Assembly: GCA_036785375.1 (NCBI GenBank)
Contig: JAWMAR010000283.1
Location: 1,302,001 to 1,366,000, forward strand
Length of the DNA: 64,000 bases
From: Leucoraja ocellata
Taxonomy: Eukaryota
Reading direction: 5' to 3'
The notes under the pieces were generated by a model. The model had not been told where the DNA came from. It searched no databases and worked only from the letters and a program-made list of their open reading frames with translations. Position numbers and translations under genes: made by a program. Position 1 is the first letter of the stretch; every line of letters begins with the position of its first letter. Shown here in pieces: positions 48,311 through 61,771 of this stretch.

Positions 48311-48472
48311 GGTAAGGGGTGGTAGTGGCAAGCGTTGGTGGCATGGGCAGCTGGGCGTGGTGTGGGCAGCCAGGGCAGTAAGCGGCAGGTGAGGCAGTAA
48401 GAGACAGAGGTGGCATGGGCAGCCATCCGTAGAGAGTCCAGAACCAGGGGTCCCAGTTTAAGAATAAGAGGT

Positions 48473-49210
48473 TATAACACCCAAAATAAAAATCAGACAA
48501 CTTGCTGTACAACAACATTGTTGGAGGCTGTGCGGGAGTATGGAGGCAGACCACTGGCATATTTTCTGGAACTGTAAAGATAAGGCCATACTGGGAAAAT
48601 GTTAACACAGTTGTTAAAAATATCTTGGGTTATAAAATCCCAAATACCTGCCCGGTGATGTAACTGGGGCGCATTAAATATATTGTAAAGATAGAAGATA
48701 CCTATGTGATTAAAGTTTTGCTTGCAGAAAGTAAGAAGGTCATTACCGGGCAGTGGCTTAATGAAAAAAGTCCAAAACAGGAACAGTGGCTAGAAATTGT
48801 GCGAGACATCTTTACTATGGAGAAACTGACATATTTCTGGAGAGTCAAGGAGAATTCATTTGAAAAGATTTGGGAAAAAGTTTATTTGAGTAATGATACC
48901 AACTAGATAAATGCTGAGCTAGATATGGGAAGATTGTGTTATATAGAACTAGATGGTATGTTTGTGCGAATATTGAAATATCTCCAGATAACTAATCAAT
49001 GTTACTTTTTTATTTTTTATTTGGTGAGTGTACCATATGGTCTTATTCCAATTTTTTATTTCTTTATTTTTTGTTTTTTGTTTTATTTTTCTATTTATCT
49101 TATTTTTTGGTTGTTGCTTCTCTTATTTTATTTTATTTATGGTGGTGGTGTTGCACTGTTTTTATATATATTTCTGTGAAAAATCAATAAAAACTTGTTT
49201 AAAAAAAAAA
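48473..49210 (+). mobile_element. L1-clade LINE 3' end inserted in a CR1 3' end (CR1 parts ~48430-48472 and 49211-49490)
   Basis: ITPKIK...CWRLCGSMEADHWHIFWNC (ORF2 CCHC motif), T-rich UTR, AATAAA, poly(A). TSD-like AATAAG(A/G)GGT on both sides at a TT|AAGA site. Confidence 0.85.
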
Positions 49211-50124
49211 TAAGGGGTAGGCCATTTAGGACTGAGAAGAGTAAAAACATTTTTGCCCAGAGAGTTGTGAATTTGTGGAATTCTCTGCCACAGAAGGCAG
49301 TGGAGGCCAATTCACTGGATGTTTTCAAGAGATAGTTTGATTTACCTCAGGGATAAAGGACTCAAGGGATATGGGGAAAAAGCAGGAATGAGGCACTGAT
49401 TTTAGATGATCAGCCATGATCATATTGAATGGCGGTGCTGGCTCGAAGGGCCAAATGCTGTACTCCTGCACCTATTTTTCTATGTTTCTGTGTCTATCCC
49501 GTTTAACCGAAATCTGCAATAAAGAGGTCCGTTAAAATGAGGGTTCACTGTATCTGAATTAAGTAGAGTTGAGAGTATGTTGCAGTACCTTTGGGAAAAG
49601 GGATGTGGAAGAGGTGATTGGTTCAAGAGTCTGATAGCAGTGGGGCCAAAGCTGTTCTGAAGGGCATGTTTATGTGTTGTATTGTTCAACGCTCTTATAT
49701 TTCAGTTGTTCCAACTTCTGGATATCTGTAATTTCCCCCATAATATTTATTAGACTAACTCTAATTCTCTGATTTGTTGAATAGCTAATCAGCATGCATA
49801 TTTTTTTCATCTAATAGCAGTTCTTGAATTGAGAATTTGGAATATTATAATCAGGGAATTTGCTTCTCAGAAATCCTTCTTTGGAAACAATATGCCACAA
49901 TATAACAATTTGATGTATTTTGAAAGTGCGACCCTCTGCTGGTAATGTAAAAGATCCCACGCATAATCTTAAAAAAAAGCTGCATATGTCATTTTAGAAA
50001 AACATTTTCACTGTTAATTAGCAAAATAGTTATCTTTCTGCAACCAGGAATAAAATTGTACAGGGATTTCAGAAATTCTGTGTCCACCTTTTTCCTACAT
50101 GCTATGTTTTCCAGATTGATTAGC

Positions 50125-50415
50125 TTTAGACTTTAGAGATACATTGCGGAAACAGGCCCTTCGCCCTACTAAGTCCGCGCCGACCAGCGATCACCCCTAA
50201 CACTAACCTACACACACGAGGGACAATTTTACAACTTACCAAAGCCAATGAACCTACAATCCTGTACGTCTTTGGAGTGTGGGAGGAAACTGGAGCACCC
50301 GGAGAAAACACACGTGGTCACAGGGAGCATGTACCCTGTATAGGCAGCACCTGCAGTCAGAATCAAACAGGGGTCCCTGGCACTTTAAGGCAGCAACTCT
50401 ACTACCACCATGCTA
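50125..50415 (-). mobile_element. HE1-type V-SINE
   Basis: Reverse complement of head, V domain and tail. Confidence 0.85.
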
Positions 50416-51231
50416 CCTGAAATTATTTGGATTTATGTGAACTCTTACCTCTCACTCCAGATTATTATTTTAAATTCTTTGTCCATTTCACTTTTTGGAT
50501 GTCGAAGATCTCTTCTGTCAAGCCACTTGTCCCCAACAGGAGTTTCTTCAGGAATTACCTCTGGTAATTGCATCATTTTGTCAAACATATATTTCTAACT
50601 TTACGTGTAAAGTGAAAGTAATTCCACGTACTGGTAACTGCAGTTCCATTCCTAAAGTGATAAATAAAGGCACAGATTAAAGCCAATAATGTATGACTGT
50701 AGAAAACAAGTAATGAAAAAATCCACATTAAATAAAATCTATTGCAGAAAGTACCGGAAAACTATAATTTCCCTTTGTTCCTCAATTTATTGTATTTTTT
50801 TAATCTCTCAGTTGACTTTATTTTTTAATTTTAAAAGGTTGAGATATTAAAAAAAACTCAAACAACTAATATGAAACCAGATTAAGTAGCTAGGATTGGG
50901 TGCCATTTTCTCAATTTCAAAAATCATTGGCAATGAAAACATGACATCAACAAAAATACACAAAAATACACGAAACTTTGGTTAATTAAATCAGTCATGA
51001 ATCAGAACGCCAGCCTAATCCATTTATAATTCATCACAATGTTAAATAAATTAGAATTGCACATCATATTTTAAGACAATGTAGGTGCCAAAATAATTAA
51101 CAAGTTATCCCACTCATGCTGTTAATAACAATGAAATGAAGGTTTCTGGAAGTTACATTAGACAATTATTTCAAACATGCTGAAAAAGCATCAAATCACT
51201 GAATAATTTCTGTGTGGTTTTTAGGTATCCA

Positions 51232-51516
51232 AGTTTAGATATAAAGCACGGAAACAGGCCCTTTGACCCACCGAGTCCGCACCGACCAGCAATCCCCACA
51301 CATTAACACTATCCTACACACACTAGAGCTAATCTACACATACACCAAGCCAATTAACCTACATACCTGTATGTCTTTCGAGTGTGGGAGGAAATCGAAG
51401 ATCTCGGAGGAAACCCACGTGGTAGAATGTACAAACTCCGTACAGACAGGATCCGTAGTCGGGATCGAACCCGGGTTTCCGGCGCTGTAAGGCAGCAACT
51501 CTACCGCTGCGCCACA
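51232..51516 (-). mobile_element. HE1-type V-SINE
   Basis: Well-preserved B box (GGTTCGATCCC on the minus strand) and A box. Confidence 0.88.
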
Positions 51517-52314
51517 TCACCAAATAATTTCCTGTAAATTTCTAAATCTCTGTAGTAATTGAGTGATAAATCATTAGTAGTGTTTTAATCAATTTGGCAG
51601 CAGGCAGTGTGGTTTTATTGTTGCATCCTTTTCCACTCCAATTATTCCTGCTGTTCCACTCAGTTTTAATGCTGGTGAGGGAAAGGTAATTGTAGGCTGA
51701 GGAGAAAAGAGAAACAAATTACTCCTCCAGGGATGGTCCATAAGATTTATATTTCAAAAATTCCTAAGTTTCTAACCTTCCCCATTTCCCACATCATCCA
51801 ACTGAAAATGCCTCACCATAACACAATTTTATAATTTTAAAACCACATAGCTTCTCCATCCAATCCCCAAAATAAGAGAATCGATTAACATGGCTGATGT
51901 TTAGTTAACCTCATTCACAGGTATCACTGCAGACAGGTCTTGCTTCTCACGGATGTCAGGGGTTATGGGGAGAAGCAGAAGAATGGGGTTAGGAGGGAGA
52001 GATAGAAAGATTGAATGGCGGTGTAGACTTGATGGGCCAAAAGGCCCAATTCTGCTCCTATCATCTATGACCTTATGATCAAGTTAAATTACTATGAAGA
52101 TCTCAAAACAGGCACCCGGATAGGTTCAAAATTCAAGGTCAGTTTCATTCCAGCTGTTATTAGACAACTGAACCAACCTCTCATCAGCTAGAGAGCGGCT
52201 CTGTCTTCCCATCTATCTCATGGGAGGTCTCTGAACTATCTATACTTTTTTCTTTATATTTCACTAAATGGTTTATCCTTTATCCGCCCCACCATCTAAG
52301 GGATCTACAGGAGA

Positions 52315-52590
52315 TAATGGAAACAGTCCCTTCAGCCCACCAAGTCCATGCCAACCAACGATTACCACATTAATTCTATCCTATGCACCATGGACAGTTT
52401 ACAGAAACCAATTTACCTAAAAAGCGACACATCTTTGGAATGTGGGAGGAAACCAGAGCACCCTGAGAAAAACCACATGATTACAGGGAGAATGTACAAA
52501 ACTCCGAACAGGCAGCTCCCATGGCCAGGATCGAACCTAGATCTCTGGCGTTGTAAAGCAGCAACTCTACCACTGAGTTACTGTGCGGCC
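52315..52590 (-). mobile_element. HE1-type V-SINE, degraded
   Basis: CTTTGGAATGTGGGAGGAAACCAGAGCACCC V domain plus head. Confidence 0.8.
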
Positions 52591-52775
52591 AAATAAACAA
52601 ATAAATAAATAAATAGGTAGATAGATAAACAGATAGAGAGATAAACAAATAAATAGACAAATATACAAATCCATGAACAGATGAATGAATACATAAATAG
52701 ATAGAGAAATAGCTATTTTTTGCTGTTTGTAAGGGTGTTCACAGAGTACTATGTTTACATATCTGTTGTGCTGTT

Positions 52776-52991
52776 TTTTTAATCAAAAATATTTATTTAA
52801 ATATTAAAATAATATTTACAATACAATAAAACAAAACACCACCATAATACAAGACGAACAAATATGCTAAGTAACTGCTAAACAACTATATTGCAATCCT
52901 TGTCCAGGATAATTTCAACCCCCCTCGGTGTCCAGCGGTCGCGGAACTCCCTCAGGGTGCCCGTAGACAGGGCATATTCCCTTTCTAACTG
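52776..52991 (-). mobile_element. Tx1-clade LINE 3' end with a 15-bp TSD, inserted in a Rex-like tail
   Basis: LEREYALSTGTLREFRDRWTPRG* C-terminus. TSD ATCTGTTGTGCTGTT at 52761-52775 and 52992-53006. Short poly(A). Confidence 0.8.
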
Positions 52992-53107
52992 ATCTGTTGT
53001 GCTGTTGCAAGTAAAAATGTCATAGTTCTGTTTCAGGACATATGACAATAAAACCCTCTTGACTACTCTTATCTGTACACTGTGGACGTCTTGGTTGCAA
53101 TCATGTA

Positions 53108-54562
53108 TAGTTTAGTTTAGAGATACAGCATTAAAACAGGCCCTTCGGCTCACTGAGATTGCACTGACCAGCGATCCCCGCACATTATAACTACCCCACC
53201 CACACTGGAGACAATTGTTTTACATTCATGCCAAGCCAATTAACCTATAAACTTGGATGTCTTTGGCGTGTGGGAGGAAACGAAAGATTTGAGAGAAAAC
53301 CCACGCAGGTCATGGGGAGAACATACAAACTCTGTACAGACAAGCACCCGTAGTCAGGATTGAACCTAGGTCTCTGGCGCTGTAACACTTAAAGCACATG
53401 GCATTGGGGGTTCAGTATTGATGTGGATAGAGAACTGGCTGGCAAACAGGAAGCAAAGAGTAGGAGTAAACGGGTCCTTTTCACAATGGCAGGCAGTGAC
53501 TAGTGGGGTACCGCAAGGCTCAGTACTGGGACCCCAGCTATTTACAATATATATTAATGATCTGGATGAGGGAATTGAAGGCAATATCTCCAAGTTTGCG
53601 GATGACACTAAGCTGGGGGGCAGTGTTAGGTGTGAGGAGGATGCTAGGAGACTGCAAGGTGACTTGGATAGGCTGGGTGAGTGGGCAAATGTTTGGCAGA
53701 TGCAGTTTAATGTGGATAAATGTGAGGTTATCCATTTTGGTGGCAAAAACGGGAAAGCAGATTATTATCTAAACGGTGGCCGATTGGGAAAGGGGGAGAT
53801 GCAGCGAGACCTGGGTGTCATGGTACACCAGTCATTGAAGGTAGGCATGCAGGTGCAGCAGGCAGTAAAGAAAGCGAATGGCATGTTGGCTTTCATAGCA
53901 AGAGGATTTGAGTATAGGAGCAGGGAGGTTCTACTGCAGTTGTATAGGGTCTTGGTGAGACCACACCTGGAGTATTGCGTGCAGTTTTGGTCTCCAAATC
54001 TGAGGAAGGACATTATTGCCATAGAGGGAGTGCAGAGAAGGTTCACCAGACTGATTCCTGGGATGTCAGGACTGTCTTATGAAGAAAGACTGGATAGACT
54101 TGGTTTATACTCTCTAGAGTTTAGGAGATTGAGAGGGGATCTTATAGAAACTTACAAAATTCTTAAGGGGTTGGACAGGCTAGATGCAGGAAGATTGTTT
54201 CCGATGTTGGGGAAGTCCAGGACAAGGGGTCACAGCTTAAGGATAAGGGGGAAATCCTTTAAAACCGAGATGAGGAGAACTTTTTTCACACAGAGAGTGG
54301 TGAATCTCTGGAACTCTCTGCCACAGAGGGTAGTTGAGGCCAGTTCATTGGCTATATTTAAGAGGGAGTTAGATGTGGCCCTTGTGGCCAAGGGGATCAG
54401 AGGGTATGGAGAAAAGGCAGGTACGGGATACTGAGTTGGATGATCAGCCATGATCATATTAAATGGCGGTGCAGGCTCGAAGGGCCGAATGGCCTACTCC
54501 TGCACCTAATTTCTATGTTTCTATGTTTCTATGTAAGGCAGTAGCTCTACCGCTACGCCACC
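53108..54562 (-). mobile_element. HE1-type V-SINE split by a CR1 insertion (parts 53108-53385 and 54532-54562)
   Basis: ...TCTCTGGCGCTGTAA | CR1 | TGTAAGGCAGTAGCTCTACCGCTACGCCACC rejoins into a continuous SINE head. Confidence 0.9.
53386..54531 (+). mobile_element. Young 5'-truncated CR1 with an uninterrupted 338-codon RT C-terminal frame (53418-54434)
   Basis: GVPQGSVLGP, KFADDTKL, through the native stop and (TTTCTATG)n tail. TGTAA on both flanks. Confidence 0.97.
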
Positions 54563-54799
54563 TGGATAGCATACAAACAAAAACATGTGACAATAATAAA
54601 CCTAAACTAAAATTAAAACTAAATTACACTGACACTGCTGAGTCTTTAACCTGCTCATTGAATCACCACATCAAGGCTGGTGGTATTGACAACTTGGTGT
54701 GCCCACTGACATGGGCCGAAAAACGACATCTTTGTTCTGGACTGCAGCCACCATTACCATTGGAGTAAGTAACAGAACAAACAGAACTTTGTTTAATTC

Positions 54800-55430
54800 C
54801 AGTAGAAACAAGGAACAGCAGAAGTTGGTTTAAAAAAGACACAAAGTGCAGGAATAACTCAATAGGTCAGGCAACATTTCTGGAGAACATGGATAGGTGA
54901 TGTTTGTTGTCGGAACCCTTCTTTCGATAGATTAGGTGGAAGGGAGAAGAGAAAGCTGGAAGAAAGGAGGGGCAGGACAAACCCTGGCAGGTAATATAGG
55001 CTGACAAAGGTGAGGAGGGCTATTTGAGAGGCATTTGAGATGGTTAAGCAAAGACAGAAGGTGTGAGACAGAAGGGGGTTGAAGAGTGAATTGTGAAGCT
55101 AGAGGAAGGATTATAGGTGGGGGGGGGGGGGGGGGGTTAGGTGTGAGTCCAGGTGGGGCACAGGTAAGCAGGGGGAGAGAAGGGAAGGGGAGGATATATG
55201 GGGGGAGGAGAGGGGGAGGGTCACGTATTTACCTAAAATTGGAGAATTCAATGTTCATACATTTGGCTTGAAAGCTACCCAAACGGAATAATAGGTGCTG
55301 TTCCTCTAGTTTGCGTGTGGCCTCACTGGCAACGGAGAAGGCACAGGACAGAAAGGTCAATATGGGAATAGGTCGAGGAGTTAAAATGGTTCGCAACCAG
55401 GAGATCCTGCAGGTCTCGATAGACTGAGTG
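54800..55430 (-). mobile_element. Penelope-like element 3' end (endonuclease tail plus pLTR)
   Basis: Same layout as 13752-14196 in reverse. TTACCTAAAATTGGAGAATTCAATGTTCATAC. Confidence 0.8.
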
Positions 55431-55595
55431 TGTCATATTAACAACATGTTGCACTGAAGAACGATGTACAAATCCTATCCCACAATTACTTTCTCAGTCC
55501 CTGTTTTTAAAAACCACACACTCATTTGTAACCATTTGTGTTTCATCCATTTCTTTGCACCATCAGCCCCCATGTAAGGTTCACCCTCCATCAAC

Positions 55596-55835
55596 GGGTG
55601 GCACAGTGGCACAGCGGTGGAGTTGCTGCCTTACAGCAGCAGAGACCCGGGTTCAATCCTGACTACGGGTGCTGACTGTATGGAGTTTGTACTTTCTCCC
55701 TGTGATCTTGTGGGTTTTCTCCAAGGGGTCCGGGTTCTTCCCACACTCCAAAGACATACAGGTTTGTAGGTTAATTGGCTTCTGTAAGTTGTAAATTATT
55801 CCTTGTGTGTAATAGTGCTAGTGTATGGTTCATGC
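55596..55835 (+). mobile_element. HE1-type V-SINE, 3'-truncated
   Basis: GGGTGGCACAGTGGCACAGCGG...GGGTTCAATCCTG plus V domain. Confidence 0.85.
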
Positions 55836-56546
55836 TGACCCCTTTCCAACAAAGCAAGAACCTCTGAGTTTGGAGAGGTTGGACTTTTAATGCTATTACC
55901 AGAACATAAATTGAACATGGTTTAGTTACTGTGAATGGACCGTGATGGAGAGCCACCAGCAGTGATACCTTGTATCCTGAATATATTACTGCAGGTGTTG
56001 TTTGCTTTCATATTATTGTGGCACCTCCCCCGAGGAGTGTGTCTGAAAAGCCACGTGGTGAGATTCTTAAAGGCTGTGATTTGGAAAAGTCATGAACTCA
56101 TTTTCAGATGCAAGGAAAGATTTATTTGTATGCCAGTCATTTCTCCTTGGTATAAAACCAAAACAATGCAGCTCGGGAAAAACAGAAATGAAAGCTGGAA
56201 ACAGTCAGTGAATCAGTTAGTATTTATGGGGAAAAAAGCAAAATGTATCGTCAGGAGAATGACTTTTCCACAACCTGGCATCGTTTAACCCTAATTTAAA
56301 TCCTGGCTGGTCTCAAATACTAACCATGTTTTGATTTTAAACAATGAATATTATAAAACAAATTATAAGAACAGGTTAACTCATAGAAATGAAGATTATA
56401 CCGATGTTCAACTGATATTAAATAAAATGTGATGACAATATCCTATCAAATGACATTTTATCTTTGAAAAGATCCTAATGCAAATTTGCTCCAAACAAAT
56501 TTCCTGTTAGGAACTTGCTCATCCTAGTCATCATTACAGAAATGTG

Positions 56547-56588
56547 GTCAAGTCAAGTCAAGTCAAGTCAAGTCAAGTCAAGTCAAGT
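56547..56588. repeat. (AAGTC)n tail of a minus-strand Rex-type retroposon end
   Basis: (GTCAA)8 followed by TTTATTTGTCACA. Confidence 0.8.
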
Positions 56589-57666
56589 TTATTTGTCACA
56601 TACACATACGAGATGTGCAGTGAAATGAAAGTGGCAATGCTCGCGGATTTTTTGTGCAAAAGGCAAACAACAAAACAACCAAACAAATTATAAACACAAT
56701 CATAACACACATATTCTTTTACATAATAAATAATAGAAGGAAAAACGTTCTGTAGAGTTAGTCCCTGGTGAGATAGGCGTCTTCAGCCTCCTTGCAAAAT
56801 ATTATAATAACAGTTTTACCTTATTAATGTTAGTAAAGCTGCTGATTAAAGATTGTCTCCTGCCATTGGGAAGAAGGTATAGGAGTCTGAAAAATGTAAT
56901 GCGATGTTCAGGAACGGCCTCTTCCCCACAGCCAAGGGGCTGTCGAACACTTCAAACTCCAACTAAACTTCAAATTACAAACTATCTTCATTGCACTGGG
57001 GACATGTGGCTTTATTTGTTTTTGCACTGTATTGTTTCTTTTATTTTTCAATTTTTGTTGAGTTTGTTTATTATATTATCTACTGTGTACTGTGTTTACA
57101 GGCTGCTACTGCTGCTACTGCTGCTGCTGCCACCGCCGCCACTGCTGCTTCCACTGTCATTGTTCCGTTTCAGTACATATAACAATTAAACAGTCTTCTT
57201 TCACCACAGCACAGCCCAATGCTTTTGCTAAAATTATGATGTACTTCTATGAAGTATTATACCTTTCTGAATGATTCGTATATTTTGGAAATTAGCTTTT
57301 GATAAACAATTTGGCTATCATGACAATCCTTATGCATTGTATTCACACAACTATATTATTACATACCATTAATGCAATAATCAAATACTTGTCATACTTT
57401 CTTAATAATTCTTTCCAGTTATTGCTATTACTATACCTAAGAAAGTTAATTAATTTTTAATTCATAGTTTAACAAGATCAGTATTATACATTAATTGATA
57501 GAAATTTTCATAAATTGCTGAAGTAATCCATTGGATGCAATTTATTTAATCGGTTTATTGAAGTCAAACTAAAAATCCAATATATAATTAACTTAGTAAT
57601 TTGAAACTGTGATCAGCACATTCATTATGACGTGGCATGTTGGTAAGTAGATGAGTGATGCTGATA

Positions 57667-57952
57667 AGTTTAGTTTAGTTTAGAGCGTGGAAACAGGTCC
57701 ATCGAGTCTGTGCTGACCAATGATCCCCTACACTAGCACTATCCTACACACCAGGGACAATTTACAATCTTTACAGAAGCCAATGAATCTAGAAAACTGT
57801 ACTTCTTTGGAAACCGGAGCACCCAGAGAAAACCCACTAGGTCACAGGGAGGTCATACAAACTCCATACAAACAGCACCTGTAGTCAGGGTTGAAGTTGG
57901 GTCTCTGGCACTGTATGGCAGCAACTCTACCGCAGGTGCCACTGTGCCGCCC
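57667..57952 (-). mobile_element. HE1-type V-SINE
   Basis: (GTTTA)n tail, V domain, head ending CACTGTGCCGCCC. Confidence 0.85.
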
Positions 57953-58733
57953 TAAACTTGATTAGCCCAAGTTTAGTAGCGGTTGGTGATCAGTTAGCTG
58001 ATCTCAATTGGAATGTCTGATGTGTTATGATGATGATTGGTTTTAACATTTGTACATTTGGGGGTGACATATCTAGCTTCTGATATCTTTTTATTTGGCC
58101 GCCCTGAAAGAAAACTGGGCTCATTAGGACGCATTTGTACTGACCAAAATGCAGTTATGGAGACATGATTATTTGCTGGGCAAGATTGAGGAAGGAATAT
58201 TCCAAGTCAATTGATGTTTGGACAGGACAGACGGAAAGTAGAAATTGGGTGCAAAGGTTTAGCCATGATAATAAAAAGTGAGATAAATAGTAACAAAGTA
58301 GAATCGGTATGGTCAGAATCATAGAAAATAGGTGCAGGAGTAGGCCATTCAGCCCTTTGAGCCAGCACCGCCATTCAATATTGGCGTGGAAGAATGCAGT
58401 AGTCATAAAATAATTCAAAATGAAGGTTAAAGACTTTCTACATTGTTGCTCACAATATTAAATCACGTAAAAAGAGCTTGTACAAAGGTAATACAAAAAT
58501 CATGTGAGTATAATTTTCAATAGAGTTGAAAAATCCGATAGGCTGGATGTCTGGAGGTGAGTTTACTGAGAGCATTTCATCCAGTTTACTGGAGCAATTC
58601 CACACAGAAATAACCAGACATAACCTAATTTAGACCACGCCATGTGTAATGAGACAGGGTTAATGAGTAATCTTAAAGTAAGGGATTCCGCAAGGGTAGA
58701 ATGATCCCATTACAATAGAATTTTACATTGTCA

Positions 58734-59020
58734 CTAGACGAAGTGGGACCCGTTGGGTCCCTGTCATATGGGAGGCCTGGCCCCCCAACACAACCCGTTC
58801 CCCAACGCAATATTCCACCACTCACCCGTTCCCCCAACTGCGCAAGCGTGGCTCATTTTCCCTCATCCCCCAGCACTCCCTTCCCCTCTTCTTCATCCTC
58901 CCTCTTCATTCCCCTCTAATCTCCTCCCCCAATCCCTCCCTTACTTCTCCCTCACTCTCCTTTCCCCTACCCGCAGTCACTCCCTCCACAACACCTCTCC
59001 CCTCCTTACCTCCCTCCTAC
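58734..59020 (-). mobile_element. Helitron 3' fragment (same family as 40894-42846)
   Basis: A|CTAG ACGAAG TGGGACCCGTTGGGTCCC and CCCAACGCAATATTCCACCACTCACC, the reverse of 42750-42840. Confidence 0.8.
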
Positions 59021-59556
59021 GGCGAGGTCGACAACATGAGCGATTATAATGTAATTAATCAATGGCCACCATTCCACACAAAAAAAACATAAAAATCCTC
59101 TATGTGTATACTCTGAGAGATAAGCACTCAATGGCAAATGTTTCTCAGATGGGGCTGGCAAAAAAAGAATAATATTGGATTAAGTAAAAAGGCTTATGAT
59201 ATGCCAAATCCTAAGTGATAGAGAGTTCAGAAACCATTAGGCATATTGTTTAGAGGAAAGCATATGCATACACATTAAGAGGGTGGACAGATTTAGACAT
59301 AGGTCTAAATGAAGGTCTGAAACCATTGTCCTCCAGAGATACTGCCAGACCCACTGAGTTACTCCAGCACTTGTCGTTTTTTGTAAACCAGCATCTGTAA
59401 ATCTTTCTATTTCCTATGAACTAATTTCATCACAGCCACTAAAAATTGTTTGCCAACCAGTAAAAGCATACGATAAATATGAAGGAATCACAAATGAAAA
59501 TTATTTTTAAAAATAATGGAAATTATGTAGAACACATGAGCGGCTTAGTGGCGCAT

Positions 59557-59815
59557 GGGTGGCACAGTGGCACAGCGGTAGAGTCGCTGCCTTACATTCT
59601 CCCAGTAAGGGAGTGTACATTCTCCCTGTGATCACGTGGGTTTCCTCCGGGTGCTGCAGTTTCCTTCCACATTCCAAAAGTGTACATGTTTGTGGGTTAA
59701 TTGGCTTCTGTAAAGTGTCCCCAGTGTCCCTAGGGATGAACTAGTGTGGATCATTAGTTGGCACGGACTCAGTAGGCCGAAGGGCGGATTTCCACATTGT
59801 ATCACTAAACTAAAC
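59557..59815 (+). mobile_element. HE1-type V-SINE with internal deletion
   Basis: Head, V domain, (TAAAC)n tail. Confidence 0.8.
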
Positions 59816-60804
59816 TGAATGAATGAATGAAAAAAAAAGAAAATTAATAAAAAATTATTGTAAACATACAAGGAATTTGCCTTGGTGCTTTGCTCGCAAA
59901 AGGATAAAAACACGATACACAGCAGACAATTAAAAATAAAACATTATAAAAATAAAATTAAATTAAACACATTTGGATATAAAAAAAATAAAGATGATGG
60001 CTCAAGAATGTGTCTAATAATCTGATTAATATATGTATGCAAGGCCTGGGCAATAGTTTGGGATTGCAGAGGAGATGTAATTAAAGTAAGGAAGAATTGC
60101 AAATCATGGCGGTGGGTTCAGATTGTCATTGAGTAATTCAGCTCAAAAACAGGTCCTTCGGCCCAACTTGCACATGCCATCCAAGATGCCCCATCTACAT
60201 TAGTCCCACCGCCTGCGTTTGGCCCATATTCATCGAAACCTTTCCTATCCATGGGCCTGTCCAAATATCATTTAAATGTTGCCATACTACCCACCTCCTC
60301 AGGCAGCTCATTCCTTACAACCACCACACTTTGCATGAAAAACATTCCCTCATTACTCAACAACGTACCTCGGTGACTGCCAATCACCACCCCCCCCTCC
60401 CCCCCCACAATAACACATTATTATTTATTCAAATCATTTGCTATGTCGCTCTTCAAGGGAGATGCTAAATGCATTTCGTTGTCTCTGTACTGTACACTGA
60501 CAATGACAATTAAATTGAATCTGAATCTGAATCTGAATCTCATGTTCCTATTATTTTTTCCCCTTCAGACCTCGGGTGCCATCCATGTAAAGTTTGTATG
60601 TTCTCTCTGTGACTGCTCCGGTTCCCTCCCACATCCCAAATATGTGTGGGTTTGTGGTTTAATTGGCCCCTGTAAAATAAAATGCCCCTAGTGTGTAGGG
60701 AGTGGATGCGAACGTGGGATAACGTAGAACTATTGTGCACATCTTTGGAATGTGGGAGGACACCTGAGCACCCGGTGAAAATCCATGCAGTCACAGGGTA
60801 AAGT

Positions 60805-61530
60805 CCGATTACAGATAGATCAATGGTCTTCACTGAGGTAGATGGGAGGTCACAATCACACTTCAGCTGGTGAGAGGAGGGCTCCGTTGCCTGATAACAG
60901 CTGTGAAGAAACTGCCCCTTAATCTGGAAGTGTGTGTTTTCAAACCTCTGAACATCTTGCTTGATGGGAGAGGGGAGAAAAGGGAGTGACCGGGGTGAGT
61001 GGTCCTTGATTATGCTGGTGGCCTCGCCAAGGCAGAGCGAGGTGTAAATGGAGACAATGGAAGGGAGGTTGGTTTGCATGACGGTCTAGGTTACTTCCAC
61101 AATTCTCTACAATTTCTTGCAGTCTTTGATGGAGCTGTTCCTAAACTATACTGTGATCCATCCCTATAAAATGCTTTCTACGATGTAACTGCAGAAGTTG
61201 GTGAGAGTTGTTGGGGACATGCTGAACTTCCTTAGCCTTCTATCTAAGGAAGTAAAGGCATTGTTCATAGCCAGTGCTTCGATGTGCCAAGTCCAGGACA
61301 TATCGCTGGTGATATTTACTCCTAAGAACAAAGTTATCAACCATCTCTACTTTGGTGCCATCAATGTACCACTTTGCTCCCTGAAGGCAATCACAATCTC
61401 CTTTGTCTTGTTGATATTGAGGAAGAGGTTGTAGTTTTGGCACCAGGTTGTGAGGTTCTCAATCTCCTTGCTGTACTCATCATTATTTGATATCCAGCCC
61501 TCTACGGTAGTGTTGTCTGCAAACTGGTAA
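60805..61530 (-). mobile_element. Rex1/Babar-type LINE RT fragment
   Basis: QFADNTTVEGWISNND...WCQNYNLFLNINKTKEIVIAFR. Confidence 0.85.
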
Positions 61531-61771
61531 ACTGAGTGTTTTCCAATGCCTTTTGGCCTGCTTAAGACTATCTGATTTGAGGGGTGCATAATCATTGATT
61601 ATTTCCCTTTGCACTTTGCACTTTCACCCTGCTGAGTTTTGTCTGGGTGCTCCAGTTTCCTCCCACATCCCACAGATGCGTGGGTTTGTATGTTAATTGC
61701 CCCTAGTGTGTAGGGAGTGAATGATAAATTGGGATAACATGAAACTAGTGTGAATGGTTGGCGAGGACTCA

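Larger units (their letters stand above)
47418..49550. mobile_element. Tigger/pogo-like MITE expanded by nested insertions
   Basis: TIRs CAGTAAACCCTCGTTATAACGGACC (from 47418) and GGTCCGTTAAAATGAGGGTTCACTG|TA (ending 49550). Confidence 0.7.

Noticed and set aside
53418-54434. Host reverse-transcriptase gene
   Set aside because: 5'-truncated CR1 with LINE tail and TSD; the frame begins mid-domain.
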